Shown in pieces: positions 48,488-60,374 of a DNA stretch of 64,000 nt. Both the position numbers and the translations under genes were made by a program. Location of the stretch: positions 62,001 through 126,000 of the forward strand of contig BAAIJX010000043.1 of assembly GCA_054600435.1 (NCBI GenBank). Direction: 5' to 3'. Within the stretch, counting starts at the first letter, position 1. Every line of letters begins with the position of its first letter. The notes beneath the pieces were generated by a model. The model ran no database searches, was not told the origin of the DNA, and was given only the letters and a program-made list of their open reading frames with translations. This DNA is from Neophaeotheca triangularis. Taxonomy: Eukaryota.

Positions 48488-49109
48488 ATGCCAGAACCGC
48501 GTACAGATCGCGTCCGGATGCTCGCCCTCAACTACCGCAAACCGGGCATGTCGTTTGAAGACTTCGATGCCTACTGGCGCGGCAAACACTACCACGCCTT
48601 TTCGAACTTGAAAGTCGTGCAAGAGAACCTACTCAAATACGAGCAAGTAAGCCAATCCCAATGAAAGAAAGAAAGAAAGAAATCCCCCCCCCCGAACAAG
48701 CTTCCCCAAGCCACAACTCTCGATTATTGTTATATCTACATGGCGATGGCGAAGCTTGTCCCTCCCGTCGCCGACGAAATTTGTCATTCATTCATTCATT
48801 CATTCACCCATCCATCCATGCATTCCGTACACAAATTACCTACGCTACATACTGCGCATGCTGAGAAACGCGCTCGCTGATTAGTGCCACCAAAACCCCG
48901 CCGAGCTGGAGAAATTCAAACAAGCGGGTATGGGAACCATGGACTGCGACGGCATCGCCGTCTTCGAAGCCGAGAGCTACGAGAAGATTCTGGCCGTCTT
49001 CAGCAGCCAAGAGTATCACCAGAAAGCGGTGCCGGACGAGGAAAACTACCTGGACCGATCGCGCATCTTCACGTTCCCGGCGGATTTGGTCACGGTTATT
49101 GACAAGTAA
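48488..49109 (+). CDS. EthD-domain (dimeric alpha+beta barrel) protein; exons 48488-48646, 48885-49109
   Basis: Spliced protein MPEPRTDRVRMLALNYRKPGMSFEDFDAYWRGKH..LLKYEQ|CH..DCDGIAVF..EYHQKAVPDEENYLD fits the EthD pattern. Intron GTAAGC(48647)..TAG(48884). Confidence 0.85.
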
Positions 49110-49554
49110 GATGGATGTGGTGGTAATTGAATGGGGAGGTCCGAGAGGGTGGAGGACACGTTTGCTTCTCAGGTAGTCACACTCCCGCAGGTATCATCGC
49201 TATCAATACCCTTCGGCAGCAACAAGGCCAAGGGAGAAAATAACCTAAGAGTCGAGCAATGATGAAATCGAAAAATTGCCAACAAAGCTTTCCGGAAACA
49301 AGTCCAGCAGCCTTGAAAATGGTCCCGTGCGTCATGAGCGATGCTTTCCATGTTCCTGCTTCACTCGTGATGCTTCACGAAGCATACCATGACTCCCAAA
49401 CTCCAAACATTGAACCCAAAGGCGGCATGGTTTTGATGCCCGCCGCAGCTCCCGAACAGTCGCGCTGATGAATACTTGGCAACAAGACAGGTTCCGGGAC
49501 GGTGACCGGACGTAGAAATGTAGGGGGCCAATAAGCTGACAGGTTGCGGCTCCT

Positions 49555-52500
49555 CTAAGTGCTGTGCGATCGTGTGAGGACCTCCTAAAACAAAACCGTT
49601 AGCCATGGCCAGTCTCTTGAGCGCACGCGCTCCACTCTCACTCACCCTTTGCAAAGGATCGTCCTGGTCGGCGGTAACAATAGCAGGGCTCTCCATCCCA
49701 CTCGGCCCAGCCTCAGTATAACCCCTGGGCTCCATGGATGGGCGCTTCGGTGTTGATAGTCTATTTGCATCTGTCCTTGAATCAGCACTGGCGTGTCCCT
49801 CCATGAGCATACCGCGCCCGTCGCTTTTCCGTTCGAACAACGCACCGCCTAACGTAGCGCATTTCAGGATGGTTTGAATGAGCTGGTTGGGCTTTAGAGG
49901 CTTCGACAGGTATTCGTCCATTTGCGCCTGGATGCATTTCTCTCGGTCCCCCAGCATCGCATGGGCGGTGAGGGCTATGATTGGGGAGCGTGAGAGGGCG
50001 TGCTGTTTCTCGTACTCGCGGATGTTTGCTGTGGCCTCGAAACCACCCATGACTGGCATCTGAACGTCCATCAGAACGACATCGAATCGTTTCTTTTTGA
50101 TCGCTTCGAACGCTTCCAGACCATTGTTTGCGACGGTGACCTTGTGGTTGTGCTTCATTAGTATCTTCACCGCTAGCTTTTGGTTGACGGCGTTGTCTTC
50201 TGCAAGCAGGATGTCGAAAGTTCGGGATTGGTCTGCCGAAGTCGGTGCTGCGCGACCTTCCAGTGCTGGGATTAGAGCATTGCCAAGATCTATCGGCAAG
50301 CAAGGCGTGGTCATGTAGCTCGACACTCCATTCTCCAACGCAGTCTTGAAGCTGACAGATATAGCCGGCGCCAGCATGACAATCGGTATGTACTTGAACC
50401 GCTCCATGCTGCGCAGCTTTTGCGCCGTCTCGCTATTGTCAACAATGACGCAGTCGTAGCTGTCGGCATTGTTGATCTCGGAGGCAGGCGTTCTGTGGTC
50501 GGGTGAAATTACGCAAGGCACCAGGCCTAGTTCTTTGATCATTGCGCAAATTTGACTAGTATGGCCGGTGTTCCCGCCGTCGATGAACAGGATATTGTGT
50601 CTCCGGTACTGTGAGAGGCTGGGCATGATCTTGGCAAGGCTGCTGTCGCCAACCCTGACGACGCATGTGAAGAAGAACGTGCTCCCACGTCCATATGACG
50701 ACTCAACCCACATCTTGCCACGCATCAACGTGACAAGGCGTCGAGAGATGGACAATCCCAGACCAGTACCACCAAATTTGCGCGTAGTCGAGCCGTCTGC
50801 TTGCTGGAATGTGTCGAAGATCAAATCAAGCTTGTTGTTGTGTATGCCAATGCCAGTGTCGGATACAGCAAACTTGACAGCAACTTCGCCATGATTGTAG
50901 TGCATATCAGTGGCAGCACCGATCTTGACCCGTACCTCACCGTTCTCGGTGAACTTGATCGCGTTGCCAGCAAGATTGAGAATGATCTGCCGCAACCTGA
51001 AGGAGTCGCCGACAACGTAGTCCGGCACGGAACTGTCCACATCATAGACAAGGCTGATGTCTTTTTCGTTGGCTTTGACGGCAAGCGATTTGAGACTGTT
51101 GAAGACCTGACTACGCATGGAGAAAGGCTCTTCTTCGAGTACCATGCGGTTTGCTTCGATTTTCGAAATATCGAGAATGTCGTCAATGATGGTTAGTAAG
51201 CTATTCGCTAGGGAAAAGACGATGTTGAGCATATCGCGCTGGTTCTGCTCCAACTCCGTGTCTAGAGTTAGCTGGGTCATGCCGATGATGCCGTTCATGG
51301 GGGTTCGAATCTCGTGCGACATGTTTGCGAGGAACTCGGACTTGGTCTTGTTGGCAAGCTCGGCTGCTTCCCTCGCCTGCGTGTTTCGCTGAATACTCTC
51401 GCGCAAGCTGAAGACCATGTTATTGATCTTGTTCTTGAGCTCGTTCATCTCGCCGGACGCCTCCACGGTAATCATCTTCGAAAAGTCCCCGTCCATCGCC
51501 GCGTTGGTGATGTCGCCAAAGGCTCGCACTTGCGATGTCAGGTTCTGAGCCATTATGTTCACATCCGTGGTGATTTCCTTCCACCGTCCCGTGATACCCT
51601 CGACCTCGGCCTGGCCACCCATCTTGCCATCAACGCCCACGTCCCGCGCAACGCGCTTCACGGCCAGTGACCATTCATCCAATCGGGTCACCATGTCGTT
51701 GATCGTGTCCTTCAGCGTTTGAATTTCACCCTGCGCATGCACCTTGATGCGCTGGCTCATGTCGCCTCGCGCAATCGCCTGGGTGACGTCGGATATGCTG
51801 CGCACCTGGCCAGTCAAGTTGCCTGCCATGGTGTTGACATTGTCGGTCAAATCTTTCCACTTGCCCTCGACATTCAGAACCTTTGCCTGTCCACCCAAGG
51901 TCCCTTCCGTGCCGACCTCTCGGGCAACCTTGCTGACCTCAAAGGCAAAGGTACCAAGTCTGTCCACCATGGTGTTGATGGTGATCTTCAAGGCCAAAAT
52001 CTCGCCCTTAACTTCAGCTTCGACCTTCTTGCTAAGATCACCCTTTGCGACTGCGGTCGTAACTTCGGCGATCTCGCGCACTTGGGTCGTGAGGTTGTTC
52101 GCCATGCCGTTTACGTTCTCAGTCAAGTCCTTCCAAGTCCCTTCGACTCCGTGAACTGTAGCTTGTCCACCAAGGCGCCCTTCTGTTCCAACCTCGCGAG
52201 CGATCTTGGTGACTTCATGAGCAAACTGTCTTAGCTGATCCACCATACTATTGATTGTGCTCTTCAGCTCTAGGATTTCGCCTCTGCATTCCGCTTTGAC
52301 CTTTTGAGTGAGGTCGCCCTTGGCCACGGCCGTTGTTACTTCGGCAATGTCTCGCACCTGCGCGGTTAGGTTGTTCGCCATGGCGTTCACATTGACAGTA
52401 AGGTCGTTCCACATGCCCCGAACCCCAGCAATCTGTGCCTGCCCACCTAGTACACCCTCTGTTCCGACGTCTCGCGAGACTCGCGTCACCTCCGTCGCAA

Positions 52501-53590
52501 AGGTTCGCAATTGGTCCACCATGGTATTGATGGTCTGCTGAAGTTGTAGGATTTCGCCTCGTGCAGGTCGCTCGATCTTCCGGCTCAGATCTCCTTCGGC
52601 TACGGCGGTAGTTACAACCGCGATTTCTCGCACCTGATTAGTTAGATTTTGTGCCATTACGTTGACTGCGAGTGCCATGTTAGCTAGCGAAATCGCGTGC
52701 TCTGCATTTCGCAACCTACCATTCTGGGTGAGCTCTGCCCAAATACCATCAACTCCTGGAACCTCGGCTTGCCCGCCGAGTCTGCCCTCCGTGCCTACTT
52801 CCTTCGCCAAATGTGTCACTTGTCCAGCAAATTCTTGAAGCTGATCCACCATTTTGTTGATCGTGTGCTTGAACTTGGCAATTTCGGGATCCTTCTCCAT
52901 GGCGTGTATGAGGACTTTCTTGCTGAGGTCTCCATTGGCGACAGCGGTAACGATGGTACCAATCTCGCGCAGCACTTTTTGATAGGTCGCATTGATTTGT
53001 GCGTTTTTCTCAATCTCGCGCTTCAGCTGTTCAATGGAAGTGGAGTTGCCCAAACCATCGAGCGCAGCCTTGGTGGCTTCTTGTTGATTCTTGAGCTGCG
53101 ATTTGATGCTATCAATAAACTCGCGTTGACCTTGAATCTCTTCGGCTTGCTGCTCAACATGTCCCCGCAACGAAGCCAGTTGCTCTTCGGTGAGCTGTCT
53201 CGGTCTCTGTTCGCCATCACTCTTAGCAAGGAGGTTGTTGACCCAAGAGGCCGAGCGTTGCTTCGACTGTGATATCGCAGGAGTCCGGGCAGAAACGGGG
53301 GTATCCGGTGGAAAGGCTGCTGTGCCCGGCTCGTTCGGCGTGATGGGTAGAGAATTGGGCCCCGCTGCGGCTCTAGCCTCGAGCAGTTGTATCCGCGCAG
53401 CCAGGCCCGTCAGCTCCTTCTCTAGCGTGCGCTTCTCGACCGTGTCATCGCCTGGTAGACTGATTTGGTGGTGTTTAATGCCATTTGAGATGGCTTCTGC
53501 GGGAAAAGATTGCTCGTTCAAGGGAGCGTATTGCTTGGCAAAGTTGGATAGCACGCTCGCGACCGCCGCCGAAGTCTGCTCATGAGGCAT
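49555..53590 (-). CDS. nik1: Group III hybrid histidine kinase with poly-HAMP repeats (osmosensing; phenylpyrrole/dicarboximide fungicide target); exons 53590-52720, 52665-49646, 49584-49555
   Basis: Repeated HAMP units ([15 protein letters not shown]..W.DLT.NVN.MA.NLT.QVR), [31 protein letters not shown] and receiver [12 protein letters not shown]. Introns at 52719-52666 and 49645-49585. Confidence 0.96.
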
Positions 53591-53946
53591 GACTGGGGCT
53601 TGAAGGGGGATTGTTTGCGCTCAAGTGCGCATGTCATGTATTGAACGCTCTTTTCAGATGTTTTCCCAGGCAAGGACTGGTGCGTGACAGGAGGTTGGCG
53701 CGGTAAAGGAGTGTGGTGCCGTGTGGATCGGGTGGAGTGGTTGTTGTGTGACGACTTGGAGCTTGGCTACAGCTGAAGAGCGGCCAAGTTAGGGGTGCTG
53801 CTCATGGGGGGAATAGTGAAGTGCGACGACGTGCTTCAAGTCTCGCTACCAGGGCGTGCTCATGCAGCGAGGGCGCGGGCAGGCCCAGGACAGCGGAATG
53901 ATGGTAGGCCTGGGTGTAGTGATATTGGTCAATGGTATTCGGAGGA

Positions 53947-53979
<33 letters not shown>

Positions 53980-53996
53980 TGTGTGTGTGTGTGTGT
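53947..53996. repeat. Compound (GT)n(GA)n(GT)n microsatellite upstream of nik1
   Basis: Read directly. Confidence 0.9.
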
Positions 53997-55666
53997 AGGA
54001 CGCTTGGACCGGTAGGTAATGGTAGGCACAGTGGTGGTAGATTGGAAGCAAAGACTAAAAGCAGTGGATGCGCGGGTAACGACAACGTTAAGGCGAGCAG
54101 GGCAGTTCACAGACAGACAGTGATCACGGGTGAAGGATGTGGTAGAGACACCGTACGGGGCCACGGCCCACAGCACAGGTGCTGTTCAGGGTCCGTCCAC
54201 TACCGCCGGGACGCTCCCTCGCTAAATGCCTCCTAACGCCCTGCTAAGGGTCCTACCGACTGCAAGCTCCGCTTTATTAGCCTGTTTTGGGGGGGGTGGG
54301 TAACACTTAACAGCAACAGCGCAGCCATAAAAAGACTCGCGTTATTATTCGCGATACCTCCTACTACTAGTACTTAGGTACTCGAAGTCAGGCATAGCAT
54401 AGCACCAACCTGAACCTACTAGAAGGTGAGAAACTCCCGTTATTATTAATCATCCCACAACCAAGCAAGAAGCCATCATCTGGAAAGAGCGTCCTTGTGC
54501 CGATGCCCGTCTAGTAATCTCGAGTGCCATACCCCCGCCGAGGACGCCATCGGTACCGCCAACTTCGTATTCACCAAGTCTAGTTAAACCCATCAATAGT
54601 CAAAGTGCTCTCGTCGCTGGGTTCAGATTTAAAATGAGCCCTGAAGCTTCAATGAACAGAAGCCAGACAACTATCTACATACACCTCCAGGTAGTTTTAC
54701 CACACGAACAACCTTGGATCCCGCCCCGCGTCCTTCCAACATCTCTCAATGATATCTAGTACCTAGAGGTACGAAGCGAGCTCCACAACCACGTGGCCTC
54801 CCGGCCTTCACATGACAGCGCCCCGATCCAGCCATCCCACCTTAAGGTAGCTCCCAGTACCTACCCAACACAAACACTGGAAAGCACAAGGAAACAACAG
54901 ACGGGATGGTCGGGTGTGAGGTGAAAGTGATGAAGCGCTGGCACATCACAAGGCCGAACCAAGACGCAACCTAGGTAGGTAGCAGGTAACATCCAATACC
55001 TACCTACCTACCGTATGTACACAGTAAGTACCTACCTCAACCTTAGGTAGTAGTACCTTGACAACTTCACGTGCTGTCTCGCCTGCTTCCGGCCTAACTC
55101 AAGTTGCCCCTATTACCCTACTTTCCAATAAATACCAAGCTTTGATGTATACGTATACCTACTTGCCCTTTGAAGATCTGCCCATCATCCACGGATGCCT
55201 TAAGTTTTGTGGAGTGTTTCAGCGGCGTCTATCACTTTTGGCGCCTGGCGGGGGGGGGAGAGGGGCGCGTTTCTCGGACCCTCGGTTGGCTCTCGGGTGG
55301 CTGCAGCTCTCTCCCTCTCTCTCTCAGGCAGGAATGGAGAGAGACGGGAAGCACGTATCTGGATGGTTTCGAGGCCACAAGGTGTGTGTGATGGCTGGTA
55401 CCCGTCACACCGCCTACGTATGTAGGCCGCACCGCGTGCGTTTTGCTTGTACACGATGCATCTGAAACCCGATTCGGTTCGGAGCTTGATGTCTATTGCA
55501 TTTGCCACAGGTTGGAAAGCCGCATGGACGAAATAGGGGATGCAGATAAAAAAATTGTATAGACACGTGCGTAAGCAATACTATTTTCAATACAAGCTCA
55601 CCCTCCTACCCAAAGCGCCTCGCTACGCGCACAAGCACAATCAAATACATACACACAAAGTCCTCC

Positions 55667-57697
55667 TCAGAGCTCTCCGCCAACATGACCGGGACTGTCG
55701 ATACTGAGCCCCCCAAGCAACTCGGCACCAGCACTGCCGCCTCCCTCTTTAGCCTTCCCAGCAACCAAGAGGCCAAACCTCAAGATGATTTCAGTGCAAG
55801 TAACCAGAATAGAGAGGACGATGAGAATGATGATGATCCAGGTGATGCGCGTCATCTTGACGTCGGCGATGCTGTCCGAAAGTATCTCAGCCAGGTCGAG
55901 GAAGACGCGGCAGCGTTCGTTGAGCACTTGCACGCGGGCTTTGATTTCGAGGTATTCGCGGACAGCGGCGTAGAGCGGGTGGAGGGTGGGCTCCGAGTCC
56001 CAGAAGAAGCCTGGGGTGTCGAGCATGTTGCTTGCTAAGGAAAGAGTGTTAGCAGGACTTCACACTGAGACTAGGCTTCTTAGGTTATAACTTACAAAGA
56101 TTGACGTCTACGCGACCTTCGAAAAGACGTCCAACCAGCCCGACGACTTCCTCCCGCCGCATGCCAAGCTTTCCTTCCAATGCCAGTCGGCGCGGTACAT
56201 ACTGTGCCTCCGACATCGTCCGTTGCATCCGCTCTTCGAAAAAACTGAGTTTCGTCGACTGAGCAATGGCATGCGACATTGCAAGTTTGATCATGTGATC
56301 GGATGTGCGCAGGGTGATCATGTCGTTGAAGATGCGAGGCTTTTGTATGGCAGTGTTGTACTGGAAATGGAATTCTTCCGTTTCAAAGTCCGACTCGTCG
56401 AGAGGCTTGGTGAGTAAGGGAAGGGCGGTCGTTGGTGGAGCAGCATTCTTTTGGGACAACGGAGTCCTGTTATTGTTATTCGCAGGTGGGGTCGAACTGT
56501 TTGGTGCCTGGGTGCTGCTGAACGTCAAGTCTGCCAATAGATCTTTCTCTTGATTCTCGGTAAAGTTCCAGCATACAGCGACACCGTAACTGAATATGAG
56601 AAGTTCGGCAACGGTGTCAGCATCCGGCGCAACGGTCGCACTGGGCGATGCGTAGCTCAGCATAGATGAATCGCTGCTTTCCCGTCTGTCGTGGTCCTCA
56701 TGATGTGGATCGTGTCCATGCACGCCAGTCGAATCATCCACCGCTTGTTCACGCATCTGCTCGCGCTCTTCCATGGCCTGCAGACGCTCGTACTCTGCTT
56801 TGCCGTCTTCTTGCGGTACATCCGAAGGTTGCGATCCTCCGTACGACTGGCTCCTCCCACCTACGGAGTACTCGTCGCTTTCTTCCCGCCACCCTTCTCG
56901 GTATTCCCGCCTCTCATTTGCTTCTATTTGTTCGTCCAGCACACTCCTCCCTCCAGGGTTTTTGACGACAGGCGAGCTCCTCACACGATAACCCTCGCTT
57001 CCACCAAGCAATGGTAGCTGGTACACACAGTACAAGCAGTCGTCGTAAAGCTTTGTCTTGGCTGCATGTTGGTCGCGAATAAATGCCGCCATGGACCGGA
57101 GTTTGTAGCTCTGAGCTGTACAATATGCCGTCACTCTTGCCAGTTGTGCCTCGGCTGTCCTCCGCGATTTCGGCAAACGCTCAGCATCACTCTTTCCTCG
57201 CATGGCGCCTGTAAGTCTCCGTCGTTCAAGCTCATCGTCTCTTGGTGGTGCCTCGTCGTCATCCTCTTCTTCCTCAGGCGGCCCATCTTCCTCGGTTGTT
57301 TCCGGTAGCAAAACCAATTTCTCGCTGACTTTGCTGCTCCTCGTCGGGATGTGCGCGTTGGCTACTGGCAAGCTTCTCCCAGCGAGCTTGGGGTCGAGAG
57401 GATGTCTGCCGCTGGGGGTTCGGTTGTGGTACACGGGACGTTTGGGTGCTGGTGGGCCTGGAGGTCCTCGACGCTGCGCTGAAGGTATTTCCGAGGCGTA
57501 TTGGAGGACGTTGTCTACGGATATGAGTCTTGTCCCGCTTCGTTGTGGTGTGGGGCGAGCTGCTGGGCGAGTTTCGCGGGATCTAGAATCTGTGACCTAC
57601 GATATGGTAAGTCTCTGGGGTGGGAGATGCATGAGCGCAGGTTACATACAAGAACCGAAGGCCCTCGTTTGGGACCTCGAGGAGAGGTGACGGACAT
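55667..57697 (-). CDS. RMD1/RMD8 (DUF155) family protein, most like RMD8; exons 57697-57650, 57596-56096, 56034-55667
   Basis: RVTAYCTAQSY, FSYGVAVCWNF, KLAMSHAIAQSTKL, LDTPGFFWDSEP..REYLEI..RVQVLNER and a C-terminal TM segment. Two canonical introns. Confidence 0.88.
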
Positions 57698-58745
57698 ATC
57701 GGCGTGCTGCCAGATGGGCAAGGTGATGAAGAATGGTGGTTCCGGGGTCGCTGCAGCCGGGTTGTATATGTCCAAGCAGCGAAAAGCAGTTACGGCTGTA
57801 ACTTCTAATATAGAGAGTTCTATTCGAGTAGCAATGGAAGTAAGCGTCGTCTGCGCTCGAGCACCTGCACGATGCCAGAAGTCGGCCAGCACGTGGAGTC
57901 CTCCGCTAGCTCCAACGGCTGATCGATGGACGTCACCTCTAGATCCTTGCCCATCGCCTTCTCCAACTCTGACCCTCGTCAAGTCTGAAGAACGACATAC
58001 AGATGCGTGCAATGCGTATTTAGTATTATCCTTCACGGTACCTGATGGCCTGTGACTTGTTCAGTACCGACTATATCTTACTTTGAACCTACCACGCGCT
58101 TTCTATGAGTATTTTCTTTCTCTTGTGGCACTCGTGAGACTTCCTTCTGGTTGTGGTCAACATTGGCCAAGTACCAAGTCACTCACCACCATGTCACCAC
58201 CATAAATCATCAGATTGCAGCTACTCAGATCTCGCATAGTTCCAATTCCCGTACGACGGTCAAAACGACTAGAACGCTCCCACTTCCAGGCGACTACGTG
58301 CTCCCGTTCTACCTATAAAATAGATAATTTGGCTGCTCAATGCTTCTCCTAAATCCCAAGCATCTCTTCTCATGATTCTCGATCCAGGGGTCGAAAAGAT
58401 GACCTGGATAACTCCGGCTTATTGATTTTGAGGTCACTGGCAATTCCCGTGCGCAGTGTCTTTTTACAGCCCAGTAAGTCGAGTTTCGAAGATCAAACTG
58501 CCAGTATCCTGAGTGCTACAAGAGGTTCGAGCTGCTGCGTCAAGCAAGCAAAGTGTGCGTCTTCCACAAGCACCGTCTTTGATTTTTTCCTTGATCGGTC
58601 AGTCTTCTCTAGACGCAATAGCATTCCTGCCCTCCCTCAGAGTTATAAAGGGCAAAACTCCACTCCAGCTGCCCCAGCATGTCTCAGGGAAAGGCTCACG
58701 GGAACCTCTTCGCACCGTTCAGCTGTACAGACCCACCCGGCGCGC

Positions 58746-59753
58746 CTAATCCGCATATCCCAATTCATTCTGCATCTGCCACATACTCCAAAGCTTACTC
58801 GGCGACTCAGGAGGTGTCTCATCATCTCGAGGCTGGGCCGTCTGTATCTGCAAACTCGGCGGGCCCTGAGCCGGTACACCCACCGGCGCCCTCACCACCT
58901 CCGGCTCAGGCTCAGGCGGCAACACAATCTCCGCCCGGCCAACCACGACAGCCCCGGCAAACCCCTTGGCCAACTTCTCCATCAGCGCCTCCACAGCAGG
59001 CAAATTGAGACTCTGATCCTCCTCACGCGGATGCTCATACGCCGTCAAGAAGAAGGCCTGCCCGGTCCCCAAACCCTCGCGCATCTTCGGCAAACACGCC
59101 TTGCCAATCCCATGCACAAACGCCACGCTCGACAACCAATTCGCCTGCAAATCCTCACTACTCAACTCCAGCACATCCTCATGCCCAGCCCGCCCATCAC
59201 TCAGACGCGGGAAACACACGACGGCCCCGACATCGCGCGACGTAGCTTTGAACCCGTCGCTCGTGGGCCGCACATCGCTGACGACTTCCTCGACAGCCGC
59301 GGCCACGGCTCGCGGACTCCAGGCTTCGCGCAGATAGACTTGCACCCCCATGTCCCGCCCGAGTTTCCCCGCGAGCCCATACATGTCCATTTTCAACTGC
59401 TTGAAGAGCGTTTCGTGCGCCGTGATCCCCAAAATCGCAATCTCGGAGACCGTGGTTTTGTTGAGCATGCGCTGCACGTAGGTTTTGATGAGCGGGATGG
59501 ATGGAGTGCCCGCTACGGCGATGAGGAGGGTGTTGTTAGTTTGCACGGGGAATGCGGCTGTTTGAGGGACGGCATCTTGGTCCTTGGTTAGGCCGCGGCT
59601 TGGAGAGCGTTCGGGGACTGGTGGCCGGCCTGAGTAGTCTAGGTAGGTTGGACGTTGGCTGGTAGTTGATTGCGTTGTGGCGGTGTTGATGCTTTGTTGG
59701 CTCGAGTAGAGCGACGAGGATGGCGTGCCGCTGTAGGGCGAGCGCTGTTGCAT
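58746..59753 (-). CDS. Hypothetical protein with a degenerate SDR/Rossmann-like core
   Basis: 335-aa intronless ORF. VLELSSEDLQANWLSSVAFVHGIGKACLPKM resembles SDR helix regions; both termini are low complexity. Confidence 0.6.
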   Translation of the reverse strand: MQQRSPYSGTPSSSLYSSQQSINTATTQSTTSQRPTYLDYSGRPPVPERSPSRGLTKDQDAVPQTAAFPVQTNNTLLIAVAGTPSIPLIKTYVQRMLNKTTVSEIAILGITAHETLFKQLKMDMYGLAGKLGRDMGVQVYLREAWSPRAVAAAVEEVVSDVRPTSDGFKATSRDVGAVVCFPRLSDGRAGHEDVLELSSEDLQANWLSSVAFVHGIGKACLPKMREGLGTGQAFFLTAYEHPREEDQSLNLPAVEALMEKLAKGFAGAVVVGRAEIVLPPEPEPEVVRAPVGVPAQGPPSLQIQTAQPRDDETPPESPSKLWSMWQMQNELGYAD

Positions 59754-60374
59754 TTCGCGATGTACTGGTATTGATCAATGCCTTTGTCTGACTAGACACG
59801 ATGCGGGGGGATGAACGTGGGGTCAGTGTGTGTTTTGGTGCCCAGGAACCTCAAGTCTGCGACGATTGGATTGAAGGAAGCTAGAACAGGGTTGAGGTAA
59901 GTCTGCTTGTGATATTACACGATTGCCACCAAAGTTTGGTGAAGAACCAAGAGGAAGATTGAAAGGCGGCGAGTTCCTTCGTCTTAGGTTGTTGAAAGTG
60001 CCGGCACGTTCACTTTAACATGCGGATACACGTGGCCCTGGCAAATCCGGAGTCGAAACGCACAAGCCAACCCCTGTACAAGTCCAGTCTCGACCGAGAC
60101 CCACCGGATCTGGAACGAAGCATGCTGCATCACTAAAAGGTAAACGACATGTCACGTACAAAACTAAAAGGTGCCAACTACCTCTGAACATCATTCTTTC
60201 CGTAACAATATATAGCAAAAGCCTATCCGGCGGGTATCCTCTAATCCAGTAACAGCACAATCGCCTTTCCTCCATAAACGCCGCTTCCACCCAGACCACA
60301 TGCTTTTCTACGCTCAAAATGCAGCACATTGCCACCAAAGAGACCTAATACAAGCAAAAGAAAAAAGGTGCTCC

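Noticed and set aside
48647..48884. Possible TPP riboswitch in the EthD intron (CTGAGA present)
   Set aside because: The rest of the TPP aptamer core is absent, CTGAG can serve as the branch site, and the gene is unrelated to thiamine.
8355..49109. Secondary-metabolite gene cluster (laeA, EthD, reductase)
   Set aside because: There is no PKS, NRPS or terpene synthase, and the genes are dispersed among housekeeping genes.
51400..53000. Long periodic internal repeats (~276 nt)
   Set aside because: These are the expected HAMP repeats of a group III histidine kinase, not an array or mobile element.
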